From a bacterium (GTDB taxonomy: Bacteria; JAGOBX01), in the NCBI GenBank assembly GCA_029551925.1, contig JAKPEO010000124.1:86898-150897 (forward strand): a DNA stretch of 64,000 nt, read 5' to 3'. Of the stretch, positions 31,092 to 41,770 are shown piece by piece (the stretch's first letter is position 1; each line of letters opens with the position of its first letter). The notes under the pieces were generated by a model. That model was not told where the DNA came from and ran no database searches. It saw only the letters and a list, made by a program, of their open reading frames with translations. The translations under genes were made by a program, and so were the position numbers.

Positions 31092-32948
31092 ATGAAAAAA
31101 AATTTTGCATTTCTTTTTATTCCGTTTTTTTTATTAATTTTTAATTCAATTATTATATCGAATATCATTTCAGATTTTTTTTCTAATATCTCCGAATTTT
31201 TAAATATTTGTTATTCGTTAAACAATCATTATATTTTTATTGTTATTTTAATAACTAATGTGTCTGTGTTTTTTTATTTTTTGACGCTTGCGCAAAAATA
31301 TGATTTCAAAGTTTTGATTTTAGCGGTGCTTATTTTTTTGCCGATATTTTTTCTACCATTATTTATTAATTTCAATTTTTTTTCTAATATAAAATTTGCA
31401 GAATCTAATATTTTAGCGCAGTATAAATATATCATTGGTTTTTGTATTGTAGCGGTATTGTTTTTATTTTTGTTATTTTCTTTTTTATTGATTTTTTTCA
31501 ATACAAAAACATTGAAAACTAAATGTATTATGTTAATCAGCGTAATTTTTATTTTTCATTCTGGGTTAGCCATTTGGCAGAGTATAGTAGGCGAGCACGG
31601 CGATGAATGGCTGTATCTTCTACTTGCTAAAAGTTTGAGATATGATTTTGATGTATATGTTGAAAACAATTTCCAAAAAGAATTTCATCGAGACGACGGA
31701 AATTTATTATTTAGATATTCAAAAGACAATAAAAATGATTATAAAATTATTATTCGTTATCTGCCGATTTATTCAATGTTTTTAGCGCCGGGAGTATTAT
31801 TCGGCGATTTTTTAGAAAAATTAGATACAAAAAAAATTTATCAAAAATTAGCGCCGCCAATAATTAACGCTTATCATAGTTTCAGCGCCAGATTAATGAA
31901 TATATTTTTTTCTATTTGTTTTTTAATCGCTTTATTGCCAATTTTGAAAAAATTATTCTCTGAAAATTTTGCGATAATTGGATTTTTTTTATATTCAATA
32001 TCAATGCCATTTTCTCTATATCTAAATCAATTATATCCTGAAACATTAAGCGCTTGTCTAAAAATTTTAATTTTGTATTTGATGTTTTTTTATGAAAATT
32101 GCGGCGCTAAAAAAAATATTGTTTTCATTTTGATCGCGGTATATATTAATTTTTTATTGCATAATCGAAATATTGTGTTTTTTGCGATAGTTATCTGTTT
32201 TTTATTAATATCCAATCGAAAAAATCTAAATAATATTTTTTTGATTTGCTCAACATTAATTATTTTGCTCGGATTATATTTTCTTATGAATTTTATGTTA
32301 TATAAATCTATCTTTCCATATAAAACATTTACTGGTTATATCCCTACTAATAATATTGCAATTCAACAAAATACTAATATTTTTAATTTAGCAGATATAA
32401 CAAAAAATTTTTTTGGTATGCTGTTAGACCAAAAATACGGCATTATAATATTTTATCCGATATTCATATTTTCAGGCGTTGGCTTATATTTTTTATTTAA
32501 AATAAATAAGACATTTTCTTGGCTCTTGTTTTTTTCTTTTATATTTAATCTTATATTTTTATCTGCGCAGCAATTATCTTCGTGGACAGCTGGCAGCGCT
32601 ATCCCGGGCAGGTATCTTGTTTTCTTGACTCCTGAACTTTTTATTTTTTCATATACCGCGTTATTCGCATTTTCAAAATCTAAAAAAATAAAAAAAATTT
32701 TTGTTTTATTTATCGCTTATAGTTTAATCATAAAATTTTTGTTGAATTTATTTCATACTTTGAAATTCAGTTCAGGACACAAAACTAATCAATTATTTCA
32801 GCATATCGCAAATTTTCTGAAATTTAGATTTTATGAAGCGCTGCCGTTTTGCAATCCATCTCAGTATAATAATTTATTGATAATCTACTTATTTGTAATT
32901 TTATTAGTCAATATTTGGCTAATAAAAAAACTAAAAAATATAAATTAA
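31092..32948 (+). CDS. Polytopic membrane protein, a putative GT-C-fold glycosyltransferase (ArnT/PMT-like).
   Basis: 618-aa ORF with at least 12 predicted TM helices and periplasmic loops. It lies adjacent and convergent to an NAD-dependent sugar epimerase/dehydratase gene. GC content is very low. Confidence 0.4.
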   Translation: MKKNFAFLFIPFFLLIFNSIIISNIISDFFSNISEFLNICYSLNNHYIFIVILITNVSVFFYFLTLAQKYDFKVLILAVLIFLPIFFLPLFINFNFFSNIKFAESNILAQYKYIIGFCIVAVLFLFLLFSFLLIFFNTKTLKTKCIMLISVIFIFHSGLAIWQSIVGEHGDEWLYLLLAKSLRYDFDVYVENNFQKEFHRDDGNLLFRYSKDNKNDYKIIIRYLPIYSMFLAPGVLFGDFLEKLDTKKIYQKLAPPIINAYHSFSARLMNIFFSICFLIALLPILKKLFSENFAIIGFFLYSISMPFSLYLNQLYPETLSACLKILILYLMFFYENCGAKKNIVFILIAVYINFLLHNRNIVFFAIVICFLLISNRKNLNNIFLICSTLIILLGLYFLMNFMLYKSIFPYKTFTGYIPTNNIAIQQNTNIFNLADITKNFFGMLLDQKYGIIIFYPIFIFSGVGLYFLFKINKTFSWLLFFSFIFNLIFLSAQQLSSWTAGSAIPGRYLVFLTPELFIFSYTALFAFSKSKKIKKIFVLFIAYSLIIKFLLNLFHTLKFSSGHKTNQLFQHIANFLKFRFYEALPFCNPSQYNNLLIIYLFVILLVNIWLIKKLKNIN

Positions 32949-33979
32949 CCAACCACTTTGCGAATAGTATCGATATTTTTATTTATCCAATTATACATTA
33001 AATTCAGCCCGCGAATATAATCCGTTTTCGGCTGCCAGCTCAATAATTTTTTGGCTTTTATATTTGATGAAATGAATAATTTTTGGTCGCCGCTGCGCCA
33101 GTCGCTGAAATTATAATATACTTTTTTTTTCGTAAGTTTTTCAATAATTTGTAAAGTTTGCAAAACAGATAGTGCATTTTTCTTGCCGCCGCCAATATTA
33201 AATACTTGTCCTGCAACTTTTGAAATATTGTTAATAGCCAAATAGTATAATTGTATCAAATCGTCAATATACAATAAATCGCGCACTTGTTTGCCATTAC
33301 CATAAATATTTATTTGTTTTCCTAATAAATGAGCGATTAATAACCATGCGACCCAGCCCTGATCTTCAATGCCGAATTGTCTAATACCGTAAATACACGA
33401 TTGACGAAATACAATTGTTTTTAAATTATATATCCGCGCATAATCTAAACAATATTGATCAGCTGCACCTTTTGAACAGCCGTATGGCGAATAAAAACTT
33501 AACGGCTGGTCTTCGCTAACGCCTAAAATATTTTTATGTAATTCATATTTATTATTTCTTTCGGAAATTTTTAAGTTTTCTAATTTTCCATAAACCTTAT
33601 TTGTAGATGAATATAAAAGAATAGTATGCGCGCTGTGTTTACGCAGCGCTTCTAATAAATTAAGAGTGCCGAGCGCATTAGTCTCAAAATCGCAGCGCGG
33701 ATTAATTATTGATGTGGTCACTGCCACTTGCGCAGCTAAATGCAAAATAACATCAAACTGCCCGTTTTTTATAAGCTCGTCAATTTTATTTTTATTAGTA
33801 ATATCCAATTTATAAAAATTAAATTTTATCTTTTCATTTTTTAGCCAGTTAATATTTAGAGCAGCGCCGTTTCTTGATAAATTATCAATTATTGTAATAT
33901 CATAACTTTGATTATAAAAATATTTCGCACAGTTTGCGCCAATAAATCCAGCGCCGCCTGTTATTAATAATTTTTTCAT
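32945..33979 (-). CDS. NAD-dependent nucleotide-sugar epimerase/dehydratase (extended SDR).
   Basis: 344-aa ORF. Contains MKKLLITGGAGFIGAN (GxxGxxG), SSTNKVYG and the catalytic YGCSKGAADQY (YxxxK). It resembles CDP-paratose 2-epimerase / dTDP-glucose dehydratase enzymes. Confidence 0.8.
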   Translation of the reverse strand: MKKLLITGGAGFIGANCAKYFYNQSYDITIIDNLSRNGAALNINWLKNEKIKFNFYKLDITNKNKIDELIKNGQFDVILHLAAQVAVTTSIINPRCDFETNALGTLNLLEALRKHSAHTILLYSSTNKVYGKLENLKISERNNKYELHKNILGVSEDQPLSFYSPYGCSKGAADQYCLDYARIYNLKTIVFRQSCIYGIRQFGIEDQGWVAWLLIAHLLGKQINIYGNGKQVRDLLYIDDLIQLYYLAINNISKVAGQVFNIGGGKKNALSVLQTLQIIEKLTKKKVYYNFSDWRSGDQKLFISSNIKAKKLLSWQPKTDYIRGLNLMYNWINKNIDTIRKVVG

Positions 33980-34181
33980 AATAAAAAAAACCCCATATCA
34001 AATTTTTAGTTTAGCAATATTCTATTTTATTTTTCTAAAAATTCAATTTAAAAATATTTTTGTTTTATGCAGAACGCTCTGCCCAAAAGTTCCAATATTT
34101 TTAACAAAACAAAAAATTAAAAATTAAAAGCAGCGAATAGTAAAAAATTGAGGCATTTATCAAAAATTGTCACTAAAATTT

Positions 34182-34694
34182 TCAAAACACAAATTCGTAA
34201 TCAATTTCGATGATAAATTTTTTTGAAAGTCTGTGATATGTTATTATTGTTTCAAACGGCTCGCGGACTTTAGAAATTATTTTTATTCTATGTTCTTGCG
34301 CTATTAAATTATTCAGAGTGTGTTTAAAACAAGCATATTCCCAACCGCCTGCCATTATGATTTTTTTCATTGTTTTTAATTGTAAAAATAAAAGTTTTTT
34401 TAATGCCAATACTTGTTGAGATACATTTTGCTGATGAAAATTAGGAATTAGATAAATCATATTTTCATAACCATAAAAAAAATCCGGCAATTCCATACCT
34501 TCATTTAAATTCAACACTATTATTTTAACGCCCTGATTGTATAAATCAGAAATCTTTTGTAATAATTTTTTTTTGAAGTTGTCGATATCACTGATTTTTT
34601 TGCTTAATGAAAAAGCGAAATCGTCAGGATGAACAATTACATAACAAGTTCTTTTTAAAGGGACTGCATCTGCTTTGATATTAATGCCTACCAT
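34182..34694 (-). CDS. Hypothetical protein, possibly an isochorismatase-family cysteine hydrolase.
   Basis: 170-aa ORF. YVIVHPDDFAF resembles the isochorismatase N-terminal VIDMQNDF motif. IIMAGGWEYACFKHT resembles the catalytic-Cys loop. The match is weak. Confidence 0.3.
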   Translation of the reverse strand: MVGINIKADAVPLKRTCYVIVHPDDFAFSLSKKISDIDNFKKKLLQKISDLYNQGVKIIVLNLNEGMELPDFFYGYENMIYLIPNFHQQNVSQQVLALKKLLFLQLKTMKKIIMAGGWEYACFKHTLNNLIAQEHRIKIISKVREPFETIITYHRLSKKFIIEIDYEFVF

Positions 34695-35377
34695 GGTTTA
34701 TCTTGATATCCCTTTAAAATTACTTTTTCGGATTTTTGCGGTTCATTCATTTTATTAGAATTTATTATTGAATTTAACAGTTGTTCAGCCTGCTCTTTAT
34801 CAAAATTATTTTTTTGCTGTTTTTGATCTTGTTTGTTTTTTTCATTATCATTTTTATTTTTTTGCTGGTTGTCTTTTTTTTTGTCGTTTTCATTAGATTT
34901 ATCATTTTTATCTTTTTGGTTCTGCTGCTGTTGTTGTTGCTGCTGCAGCATATTTAAAGCATAGGTAAGATTGTATTTTGCATTTAGATGATTAGGATTA
35001 ATTTTCAAAGCATTTTTGTAATGTTCTATTGCATCTGAATATTTCTGCTGCTCTACTAAAATATTACCCATATTATAATGCGCTTCGGATTTTAGAGTTT
35101 TATCAGTTCTTTCGTTATTTATAGTTTTTTCTAAATATCGCAGCGCTTCATCGTAATTTTGCTGTTTTGCCAAAGCAGTAGATTTATTGAATTTATTAAG
35201 CGGGCTTTGCGGATTAAGCAATTCCGCATTTTCAAATTGTTTGGCGGCACTGTTAAAATCTTTTTTTTTATAATATTCAATACCTTTTTTATTGAAATTA
35301 TATTCTTTGTCAATCACAGAAAATTGCAAAAAAAAAGGCGCTAAAAAAATAATCAGAAATAATTTACCAAAATTCAT
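34688..35377 (-). CDS. TPR-repeat protein with a Q/N/K-rich low-complexity tail (BatC-like).
   Basis: 229-aa ORF with a signal peptide and three TPR units (AAKQFENAELLNP...; ALRYLEKTINN...; AIEHYKNALKINPNH). A polyQ run follows. It overlaps the vWA gene by 4 bp. Confidence 0.6.
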   Translation of the reverse strand: MNFGKLFLIIFLAPFFLQFSVIDKEYNFNKKGIEYYKKKDFNSAAKQFENAELLNPQSPLNKFNKSTALAKQQNYDEALRYLEKTINNERTDKTLKSEAHYNMGNILVEQQKYSDAIEHYKNALKINPNHLNAKYNLTYALNMLQQQQQQQQNQKDKNDKSNENDKKKDNQQKNKNDNEKNKQDQKQQKNNFDKEQAEQLLNSIINSNKMNEPQKSEKVILKGYQDKPW

Positions 35378-36420
35378 TGTTCTAATTTTTTCAATAAAAA
35401 TTTAGTTTTAAAAAATTTTAATGCGTTTTTTTGCGATGAAATTAAAGTTTCGATTACTAATAATATAAAAGCAATCAGCGCAAAAATAGCATAGCGCTCT
35501 TCATAAACAGCAATTTGAAAATTTTCAATTTCTTTTTTTTCTAATCTCATAATTTCATTGAATATCAACGTTAATTCTTTTTCATTACTGCCGGGATTCA
35601 ATCTAAAATAAGCGCCGCCTGTCTTTAATGCCAATGTCTGCAATAGTTCTTCATTTAACCGCGAGGTTACAATATTGCCACTCTGGTCTTTGATAAATTC
35701 ACCAGTCGATAGAGTAATAGGCGCTCCTTCAATTGACCCTATGCCTATTGCATAAATTTTAATATTTTTATCAATTAGTTCGTCAATATATTTTATTGTT
35801 TCAGGATTGTGGTCTTCACCGTCTGTAATTAAAATAATAGTTTTATTTGTAGCACTTTGATTGTTAAATAATGTTAAGGCTTTTTCAATAGCGGTGCCAA
35901 TATTTGTGCCCTGCGTAGATATTGCAGACGGAGACAATGAATCAAGCAGCATAAACACCGCAGAATAATCAAATGTCAGCGGACATTGAATATATGCTTC
36001 GCCTGCAAATGGCACAATTGCTATTCTATCGCTTTTAATAAATTTTTCAATACTTCGTTTTATTTCAATTTTTGAGCGCATTAATCTATTCGGTTTTATA
36101 TCGGTAGTTAACATACTATTAGATATATCTATCAAAAAGACAATATCTATTCCGCGTTGTTTAACTTTTTGAAAATTCAAACCGAATTGCGGACGCAACA
36201 CAGCCAATATCAAAAACAAAAAAACTAATAATATCAAAATATGTTTAATTATAATTTTCGCAAATGAAATTTGATTTATAACTCTAAAATTTAGTTGGCT
36301 GCTATTATTAAAAAATCTTTTTACGGCTTTTTGAAATTTTAAATAATAAAATACGCTAATAAAAAAAATTAAAGGCGTTAATAAAATAAACCAGATAAAA
36401 TTTCCGTATTCAAACCGCAT
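35374..36420 (-). CDS. von Willebrand factor A domain membrane protein (BatA-like).
   Basis: 348-aa ORF. Two N-terminal TM helices are followed by vWA with a MIDAS-like motif DIVFLIDISNSM...IVPFAGEAY...ITDGEDH. Confidence 0.75.
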   Translation of the reverse strand: MRFEYGNFIWFILLTPLIFFISVFYYLKFQKAVKRFFNNSSQLNFRVINQISFAKIIIKHILILLVFLFLILAVLRPQFGLNFQKVKQRGIDIVFLIDISNSMLTTDIKPNRLMRSKIEIKRSIEKFIKSDRIAIVPFAGEAYIQCPLTFDYSAVFMLLDSLSPSAISTQGTNIGTAIEKALTLFNNQSATNKTIILITDGEDHNPETIKYIDELIDKNIKIYAIGIGSIEGAPITLSTGEFIKDQSGNIVTSRLNEELLQTLALKTGGAYFRLNPGSNEKELTLIFNEIMRLEKKEIENFQIAVYEERYAIFALIAFILLVIETLISSQKNALKFFKTKFLLKKLEQ

Positions 36421-36429
36421 ATTAGAAAA

Positions 36430-36810
36430 TTATTGTCCGATTAGTTTTTTGTATTCGTCAGCAGTCAATAATTTATCAAAACCGCTGTCTGCATCAGGTT
36501 TGACTTTTATCATCCAGCCGTCAGTATAAGGCGCTTCATTTACTAATTGCGGACTGTCTGATAACGCATCATTCACTTCGATTATTTTACCATTTACAGG
36601 CGAATAAAGATTTGATACTGATTTGACTGATTCTACTTCTCCGAATTTTTCATTAGCAAAAACTTGTGCGCCGATATTTGGCAATTCTACATATACGATA
36701 TCGCCTAATTCGCTTTGAGCAAAATCAGTAATTCCGACAATTATATGATTATCTGTTAATTTTGCCCACTCGTGTTCTTTTGAATATTTCAATTCTTCTG
36801 GAAATATCAT
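36430..36810 (-). CDS. gcvH: Glycine cleavage system H protein (lipoyl carrier).
   Basis: The lipoyl-lysine motif is EVESVKSVSNLYSPVNGKIIEVN. The likely true start is the internal Met MIFPEELKYSKEHEW at 36810, which is preceded by AGGAGG. The ORF track extends to 36882. Confidence 0.8.
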   Translation of the reverse strand: MIFPEELKYSKEHEWAKLTDNHIIVGITDFAQSELGDIVYVELPNIGAQVFANEKFGEVESVKSVSNLYSPVNGKIIEVNDALSDSPQLVNEAPYTDGWMIKVKPDADSGFDKLLTADEYKKLIGQ

Positions 36811-36900
36811 AATTATTTTTCCTCCTAAATTTTTTATTTGGGTTATTCTAATAATTTCAAAATAAAAATCAATAACAAGCAAAGTTTTATAAAAAAAAAA

Positions 36901-38202
36901 TTATAACTCTCTTAAATCAATTACTTTTTTGGTTTTGCCGTCTGTTCTGATAATTGAATTATATTCGACTAATGAAACTTTGCATTGCAAGCTCAATTCG
37001 CTTATCAATTTTTTTTCTAATCTATCTTTCAATTTTGTCAAGCCTGCAACATCGTCTGTGAATACTTCTTCTAACACTTCTACTTTTATTTCTAATTCGT
37101 CAAGCGCATTTTTTTCGCGTTTTATTACTATTTGATAATGCGGCGCGAGATTCTCTTCTGTAAATAAAATTTTTTCTATTTGCGACGGAAATAATTTTAC
37201 TCCTTTAACAATTATCATATCATCGCTGCGTCCGTAAATTCTGCTTATTTTCGCGAATATCCGACCGCATCTACATTTTTCTTTTTGGAGAAAAGCGATA
37301 TCTCCAGTGCGATAGCGTATCAGCGGATACCCTTCTTTTAATAATGTAGTAAATACCAGTTCGCCAGCTTCTCCTTCTTTTGCCGGCTGTAATGTATTAG
37401 GATTGATTAATTCTACAAGAAAATAGTCTTCATTTATATGCAATCCGTTTTTCTCTGGGCATTCAAAAGCCACGCCGGGTCCGATAATTTCTGTCAAACC
37501 ATAAACATCATACGCTTTAATTTTTAATTTGTTTTCTATTGTCTCGCGCATTTTTTCAGACCACGGTTCTGAACCAAAAATTCCTATTCTCAAATATAAA
37601 TTTTTCAAATCTATATTCATATTTTCAATCAATTCCGCTAAATAGACAGCATAAGATGGCGCACACGCTAAAACTGTTGTTTTATAATCTATCATTATAT
37701 CAATTTGTTTTTTAGAGTTGCCTGTTGAAGCTGGAATAATTGAAGCGCCTAATTTATTAGCGCCTAAATGAAAACCCAAGCCGCCGGTTGTCATTCCGTA
37801 ATGATACGCTATTTGTATCATATCGTCTTGCGTTACACCTACTGCCGCTAATCCGCGAGCATTAAGTTCAGCCCAATGTTTCAAATCATTTCTTGTATAA
37901 CCGACTACTAACGGCTTACCTGTCGAGCCAGTAGAAGTATGCAATTGCACAATATCGCGCAGCGGCACTGCAAACATTTTATAAGGATACGCGGCTTTTA
38001 AATCCTCTTTTGTAGTGAACGGCAATTTTTTTAAATCATTTAACGTTTTTAAATGTTCCGGTAAAAACTTTATTTCATCAAATTTAGTTTTATAATATTC
38101 AACATTATAATAAACTCTGTTTAGTATCGCTTGCAATCTTTCTAATTGCAATTGTCTTAATGAATTTTCTGACATTGTCTCCAATTTAGGATTTAATATC
38201 AT
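36901..38202 (-). CDS. Phenylacetate-CoA ligase-like (PaaK / coenzyme F390 synthetase family) adenylate-forming enzyme.
   Basis: 433-aa ORF. N-terminal LRQLQLERLQAILNRVYYNVEYYKTKFDE. AMP-binding motifs include HTSTGSTGKP and YGLTE. Confidence 0.75.
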   Translation of the reverse strand: MILNPKLETMSENSLRQLQLERLQAILNRVYYNVEYYKTKFDEIKFLPEHLKTLNDLKKLPFTTKEDLKAAYPYKMFAVPLRDIVQLHTSTGSTGKPLVVGYTRNDLKHWAELNARGLAAVGVTQDDMIQIAYHYGMTTGGLGFHLGANKLGASIIPASTGNSKKQIDIMIDYKTTVLACAPSYAVYLAELIENMNIDLKNLYLRIGIFGSEPWSEKMRETIENKLKIKAYDVYGLTEIIGPGVAFECPEKNGLHINEDYFLVELINPNTLQPAKEGEAGELVFTTLLKEGYPLIRYRTGDIAFLQKEKCRCGRIFAKISRIYGRSDDMIIVKGVKLFPSQIEKILFTEENLAPHYQIVIKREKNALDELEIKVEVLEEVFTDDVAGLTKLKDRLEKKLISELSLQCKVSLVEYNSIIRTDGKTKKVIDLREL

Positions 38203-38206
38203 AATT

Positions 38207-38944
38207 CTAACGCTCCCATTTTTTAGTTTTATCGCTGCCTAAATATGCGCGGCGCACTTCATTATTATCAATCAAATCATCAGTAAAGCCCTGTAAAATT
38301 ACGCTGCCATTTTCAAGTATATATCCACGCTGCGCATATTTCAATGCAATATTAGCGTTTTGTTCCACTAATAAAATTGTAATACCGCTCTCCGCTAATT
38401 TTTTGATTATCTCAAAAATTTGTATTGTAATTTTCGGAGCTAAACCTGTTGACGGCTCATCTAATAACAGCAATTTCGGTTTTGACATCAGCGCTCTAGC
38501 AATAGCCAGCATCTGCTGTTCGCCTCCTGATAAATAGCCGGCATATTCTTTCTGACGCTGTTCTAATATTGGAAAAATTTCAAAAATTTTATTTAAATCG
38601 TCAAATATTATTTTTTTGGTTTTTTTAGAATATCTAATATATGCGCCAAGCAGTAAATTATCACACACAGTTAAATTTGGAAATACTTGTCTGCCTTCCG
38701 GCACCTGAGTAATTCCTAATTTTACAATTTCATAAACATTTTTGTTTATAATATTCAAATCATTAAAATATATTTCGCCGGTTTTTGATGAGACAACATT
38801 CATTATAGAATTAATAAGCGTAGTTTTTCCAGCGCCATTAGCGCCTAATATAGTTACTATTTCACCGGCATCTATATGCAGCGATACATTTGTTAAAACG
38901 CGAAGATTAGAATAATAAGCATTTAGATTTAGAATTTTCAACAT
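38207..38944 (-). CDS. ABC transporter ATP-binding protein (LivF-like, branched-chain amino acid type).
   Basis: 245-aa ORF. Walker A GANGAGKTT, the ABC signature LSGGEQQMLAIARAL, and Walker B LLLLDEP. Confidence 0.8.
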   Translation of the reverse strand: MLKILNLNAYYSNLRVLTNVSLHIDAGEIVTILGANGAGKTTLINSIMNVVSSKTGEIYFNDLNIINKNVYEIVKLGITQVPEGRQVFPNLTVCDNLLLGAYIRYSKKTKKIIFDDLNKIFEIFPILEQRQKEYAGYLSGGEQQMLAIARALMSKPKLLLLDEPSTGLAPKITIQIFEIIKKLAESGITILLVEQNANIALKYAQRGYILENGSVILQGFTDDLIDNNEVRRAYLGSDKTKKWER

Positions 38945-39152
38945 TAGTTGTTTTCGATAATTTCGAGTTATTTAATTTATTTATTACAAAAATTTATTGA
39001 ATTTTAATCGTCTAAATAAAAACTGCTAAAATACAAAAAAATGTTTTTACACTGGTAATTTTCTATATCAGTATTTTTATTTTGTAGTTAAACTTGTTTT
39101 CCGCTACGCTAATTCATTTATTTAGACAACGCTATTCGCAATTTTTTTAATA

Positions 39153-41696
39153 TCATTTTGTTTTTAATATTTTTTGCAATGTATGCGAATTTTCTTTTAA
39201 CAATTCGCCTTTTGATTTCAGTTCCTCGCTCTTTATTGATATTTGTTTTGAAATATTTTTTAATTTGTCAGTTGTCGCTACTATGCTGTCAATAACATTT
39301 GTTTGTTCTTTAACTGCATCAGAAATTTCAATAACTGAATTGTTCGTATCTTCTATCGCTTGATGAATTTTAGAAAATGAATCTGACGCTTTTTCTACTA
39401 ATTGCACGCCATTAGCAATTAATGTGCGGCCATTATTCATTGAATCAACTGACATTGAAGTTTGAGTCTTTATCGTATCAACTAACAGCGAAATTTCTTT
39501 AACTGATTTATTCGTCTGTTCAGCTAATTTATTAACTTCATCTGCAACTACCGCAAATCCGCGACCTGATTCGCCTGCGCGCGCTGCTTCTATTGCAGCA
39601 TTCAGCGCTAGCAACGAGGTTTTTTCGCTTATTCCTGTAATTATATCTACGATATTACTAATTTTTCTGCTGCTTTCATTTAATTCGTCTAATTTATGCG
39701 ATGTTGATTTTATACTTTCGTTTATATTTTCCATTTCGCGCGTAACTTGATTGATTATATTCAAGCCGTATTTAACAGCGTCAATTGTGTTGTGGCTGAT
39801 TTCTCTGCTTTTTTCACAGTTATGAGAAATTTCTTGAACTGACGACGAAAATTCTGTTAATGCCGTATCAGTATCATGCGTAAGCATTTCTTGTTCTTTA
39901 CTCTGTTTAATAAATTCATTGGAAGTTTCATTTATCGCTATTGTTACATTATCAATAATTCCAGCGACATTTTTTACTTCGTTTATTATATTTTCCAAGT
40001 CTGCGATAAGCTTTTTTAAATTATCAGTCATAATTTTAAAGTTATCGCCTAATTCTCCTTTTACTGTTTCTAATAAAATAGGATGATTTAATTCGCCGCG
40101 CGCTATTGCTCCTGCTTGCGCTGAAAGTTTTTTCAAACTGCTAATCATTTCAGAAAATGCATCGCTCAATACTCCGCGCGAATCTACTCGTAATTTATCG
40201 CTGCTTAATTTACCTTCTGCTATTAATTTCGCAAGTTCTGCAAAATTGCGTAATTTTATTGTCATCTGCGCAAACGCTTTGCCGAGCGTGCCTTCGCCAG
40301 ATGTTGATAATTTTTCATTATATAAATCGTCTGTGGCTATTAAATTCGCTTGTTCAGTTAAGTTCCGTAATTTTTTAATAACATCTGAAAACGCTTTGCC
40401 GAGTGTGCCCTCACCAGATATTGACAATTGCTCGTTATATAAATCGTCATTCGCTATTATTCGCGATTGCTTTGCTAAATTCCGTAATTTTTCTGTCATT
40501 TTAGTGAATGCCGCACCTAAATCGCCTTCTATTTTATTATCAAGCGCAATATTAGTCAAATCATCGTTTGATATAATTATCGCTTGCTCTACTAATTTTT
40601 TCTGACTTTCTACTAAATTATTAAAAGCTGCGCGAAGTTTGCCGATTTCATCCATATAATTCACTTCTATTTTTTTTATCTGCAAATTGCCTTTTGCTAA
40701 TTCTTCGCCGATTTCCGCCATTTTGATTATCGGTTTTGTAAAACGCGTAGAGATAAATAACGAGAGCAGCGCTACTATAACGCCAATAATTAATAAAAAT
40801 AAATAATTCATTAATTTCATTTTGTTTATATCAGCGAACGCTATTGATTCGTCTATCGCTACAATAGCATACCAATTGAGATTCGGCAATTCCTGTTCGC
40901 CTATTTTATAATTGCGTAATTTTGTGAATACCAACATTTTTCCACCGCTTGTTAAATAACCGCGATCGCTGTTTTTTAAATTTTCAAGTATTTTAGCATC
41001 TGTATTTTCCACTTTAAACATCGAATCTTTTAATAAAAATTCCGGCGCTGAAATTAATTTGTTTGAAGAATTAAATAATTCTAAATATGCGTTTTCAGTT
41101 TGACCTTTTTCAGCGTCTGCTATTAAACTAATTTTATTATTCGGCGTAAATAATAATTCATTGCAATCAATTGCTCCGACAATAAATCCGATGGTCTTAT
41201 TAGCGGATATTATAGGCACATACATTGTAATAGTTGGTGCGTTAAAAAGCGCGCTTATATAAATATCCTGCAATACAAAACCGCTTTTTTGGGCATTAGC
41301 ATAGCCCGGCTCATTGCTAATCATCTGCATTAATAATTTATTATTAGAAGACGCTACTATTCTATCCTTATTGTTCACAACAACAATATCTAAAAATATT
41401 TTGTAGTTGTTTTTGAATTTTTCAAGCATCTTGCTTATATTTCCTTCTATATCATCTGCCATTACTTCTTCCATTACAGATAAAGATGACCAGGTCTTTA
41501 AATTCTGCATATTTATAAATAATGTTTGCTGAATATTGTCTAAAAAAGCATTTTGAATATCATAATAATTCTTTAATATATCGCGCTGTTTAGAAGTTTG
41601 AAATGAATTAATACTTAAAAATGTCATTATTAATAGCGGCAGTAATGACGCTAATATAAAATATAAAATCATGCGCTTTTTTATTGAAATTATCAT
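39153..41696 (-). CDS. Methyl-accepting chemotaxis protein, a paralog of 11853..14369. It has a larger periplasmic sensor domain and a poly-HAMP array.
   Basis: 847-aa ORF. TM1, a periplasmic domain of about 280 aa that may be Cache-like, then TM2. The C-terminal ~470 aa are roughly 80% identical to the other MCP ([34 protein letters not shown]). Confidence 0.9.
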   Translation of the reverse strand: MIISIKKRMILYFILASLLPLLIMTFLSINSFQTSKQRDILKNYYDIQNAFLDNIQQTLFINMQNLKTWSSLSVMEEVMADDIEGNISKMLEKFKNNYKIFLDIVVVNNKDRIVASSNNKLLMQMISNEPGYANAQKSGFVLQDIYISALFNAPTITMYVPIISANKTIGFIVGAIDCNELLFTPNNKISLIADAEKGQTENAYLELFNSSNKLISAPEFLLKDSMFKVENTDAKILENLKNSDRGYLTSGGKMLVFTKLRNYKIGEQELPNLNWYAIVAIDESIAFADINKMKLMNYLFLLIIGVIVALLSLFISTRFTKPIIKMAEIGEELAKGNLQIKKIEVNYMDEIGKLRAAFNNLVESQKKLVEQAIIISNDDLTNIALDNKIEGDLGAAFTKMTEKLRNLAKQSRIIANDDLYNEQLSISGEGTLGKAFSDVIKKLRNLTEQANLIATDDLYNEKLSTSGEGTLGKAFAQMTIKLRNFAELAKLIAEGKLSSDKLRVDSRGVLSDAFSEMISSLKKLSAQAGAIARGELNHPILLETVKGELGDNFKIMTDNLKKLIADLENIINEVKNVAGIIDNVTIAINETSNEFIKQSKEQEMLTHDTDTALTEFSSSVQEISHNCEKSREISHNTIDAVKYGLNIINQVTREMENINESIKSTSHKLDELNESSRKISNIVDIITGISEKTSLLALNAAIEAARAGESGRGFAVVADEVNKLAEQTNKSVKEISLLVDTIKTQTSMSVDSMNNGRTLIANGVQLVEKASDSFSKIHQAIEDTNNSVIEISDAVKEQTNVIDSIVATTDKLKNISKQISIKSEELKSKGELLKENSHTLQKILKTK

Positions 41697-41770
41697 AAAA
41701 AAACTCCTTGCATATATAAATACATTGATGAAATTTTATATAATTTTTTTTAAAAAAACAATATATTTTT

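Noticed and set aside
34925-34960. CAG/CAA/CTG-rich simple repeat that is microsatellite-like.
   Set aside because: It lies in-frame inside the TPR protein and encodes a polyQ tract. It is reported as a coding low-complexity region rather than an independent repeat element, and it is too short to call a contingency locus.
36811-36882. N-terminal 24-aa extension of the gcvH ORF (MLVIDFYFEIIRITQIKNLGGKII).
   Set aside because: The extension is hydrophobic and non-homologous. An internal ATG at 36810 has a perfect AGGAGG 7 nt upstream, so the shorter start is preferred.
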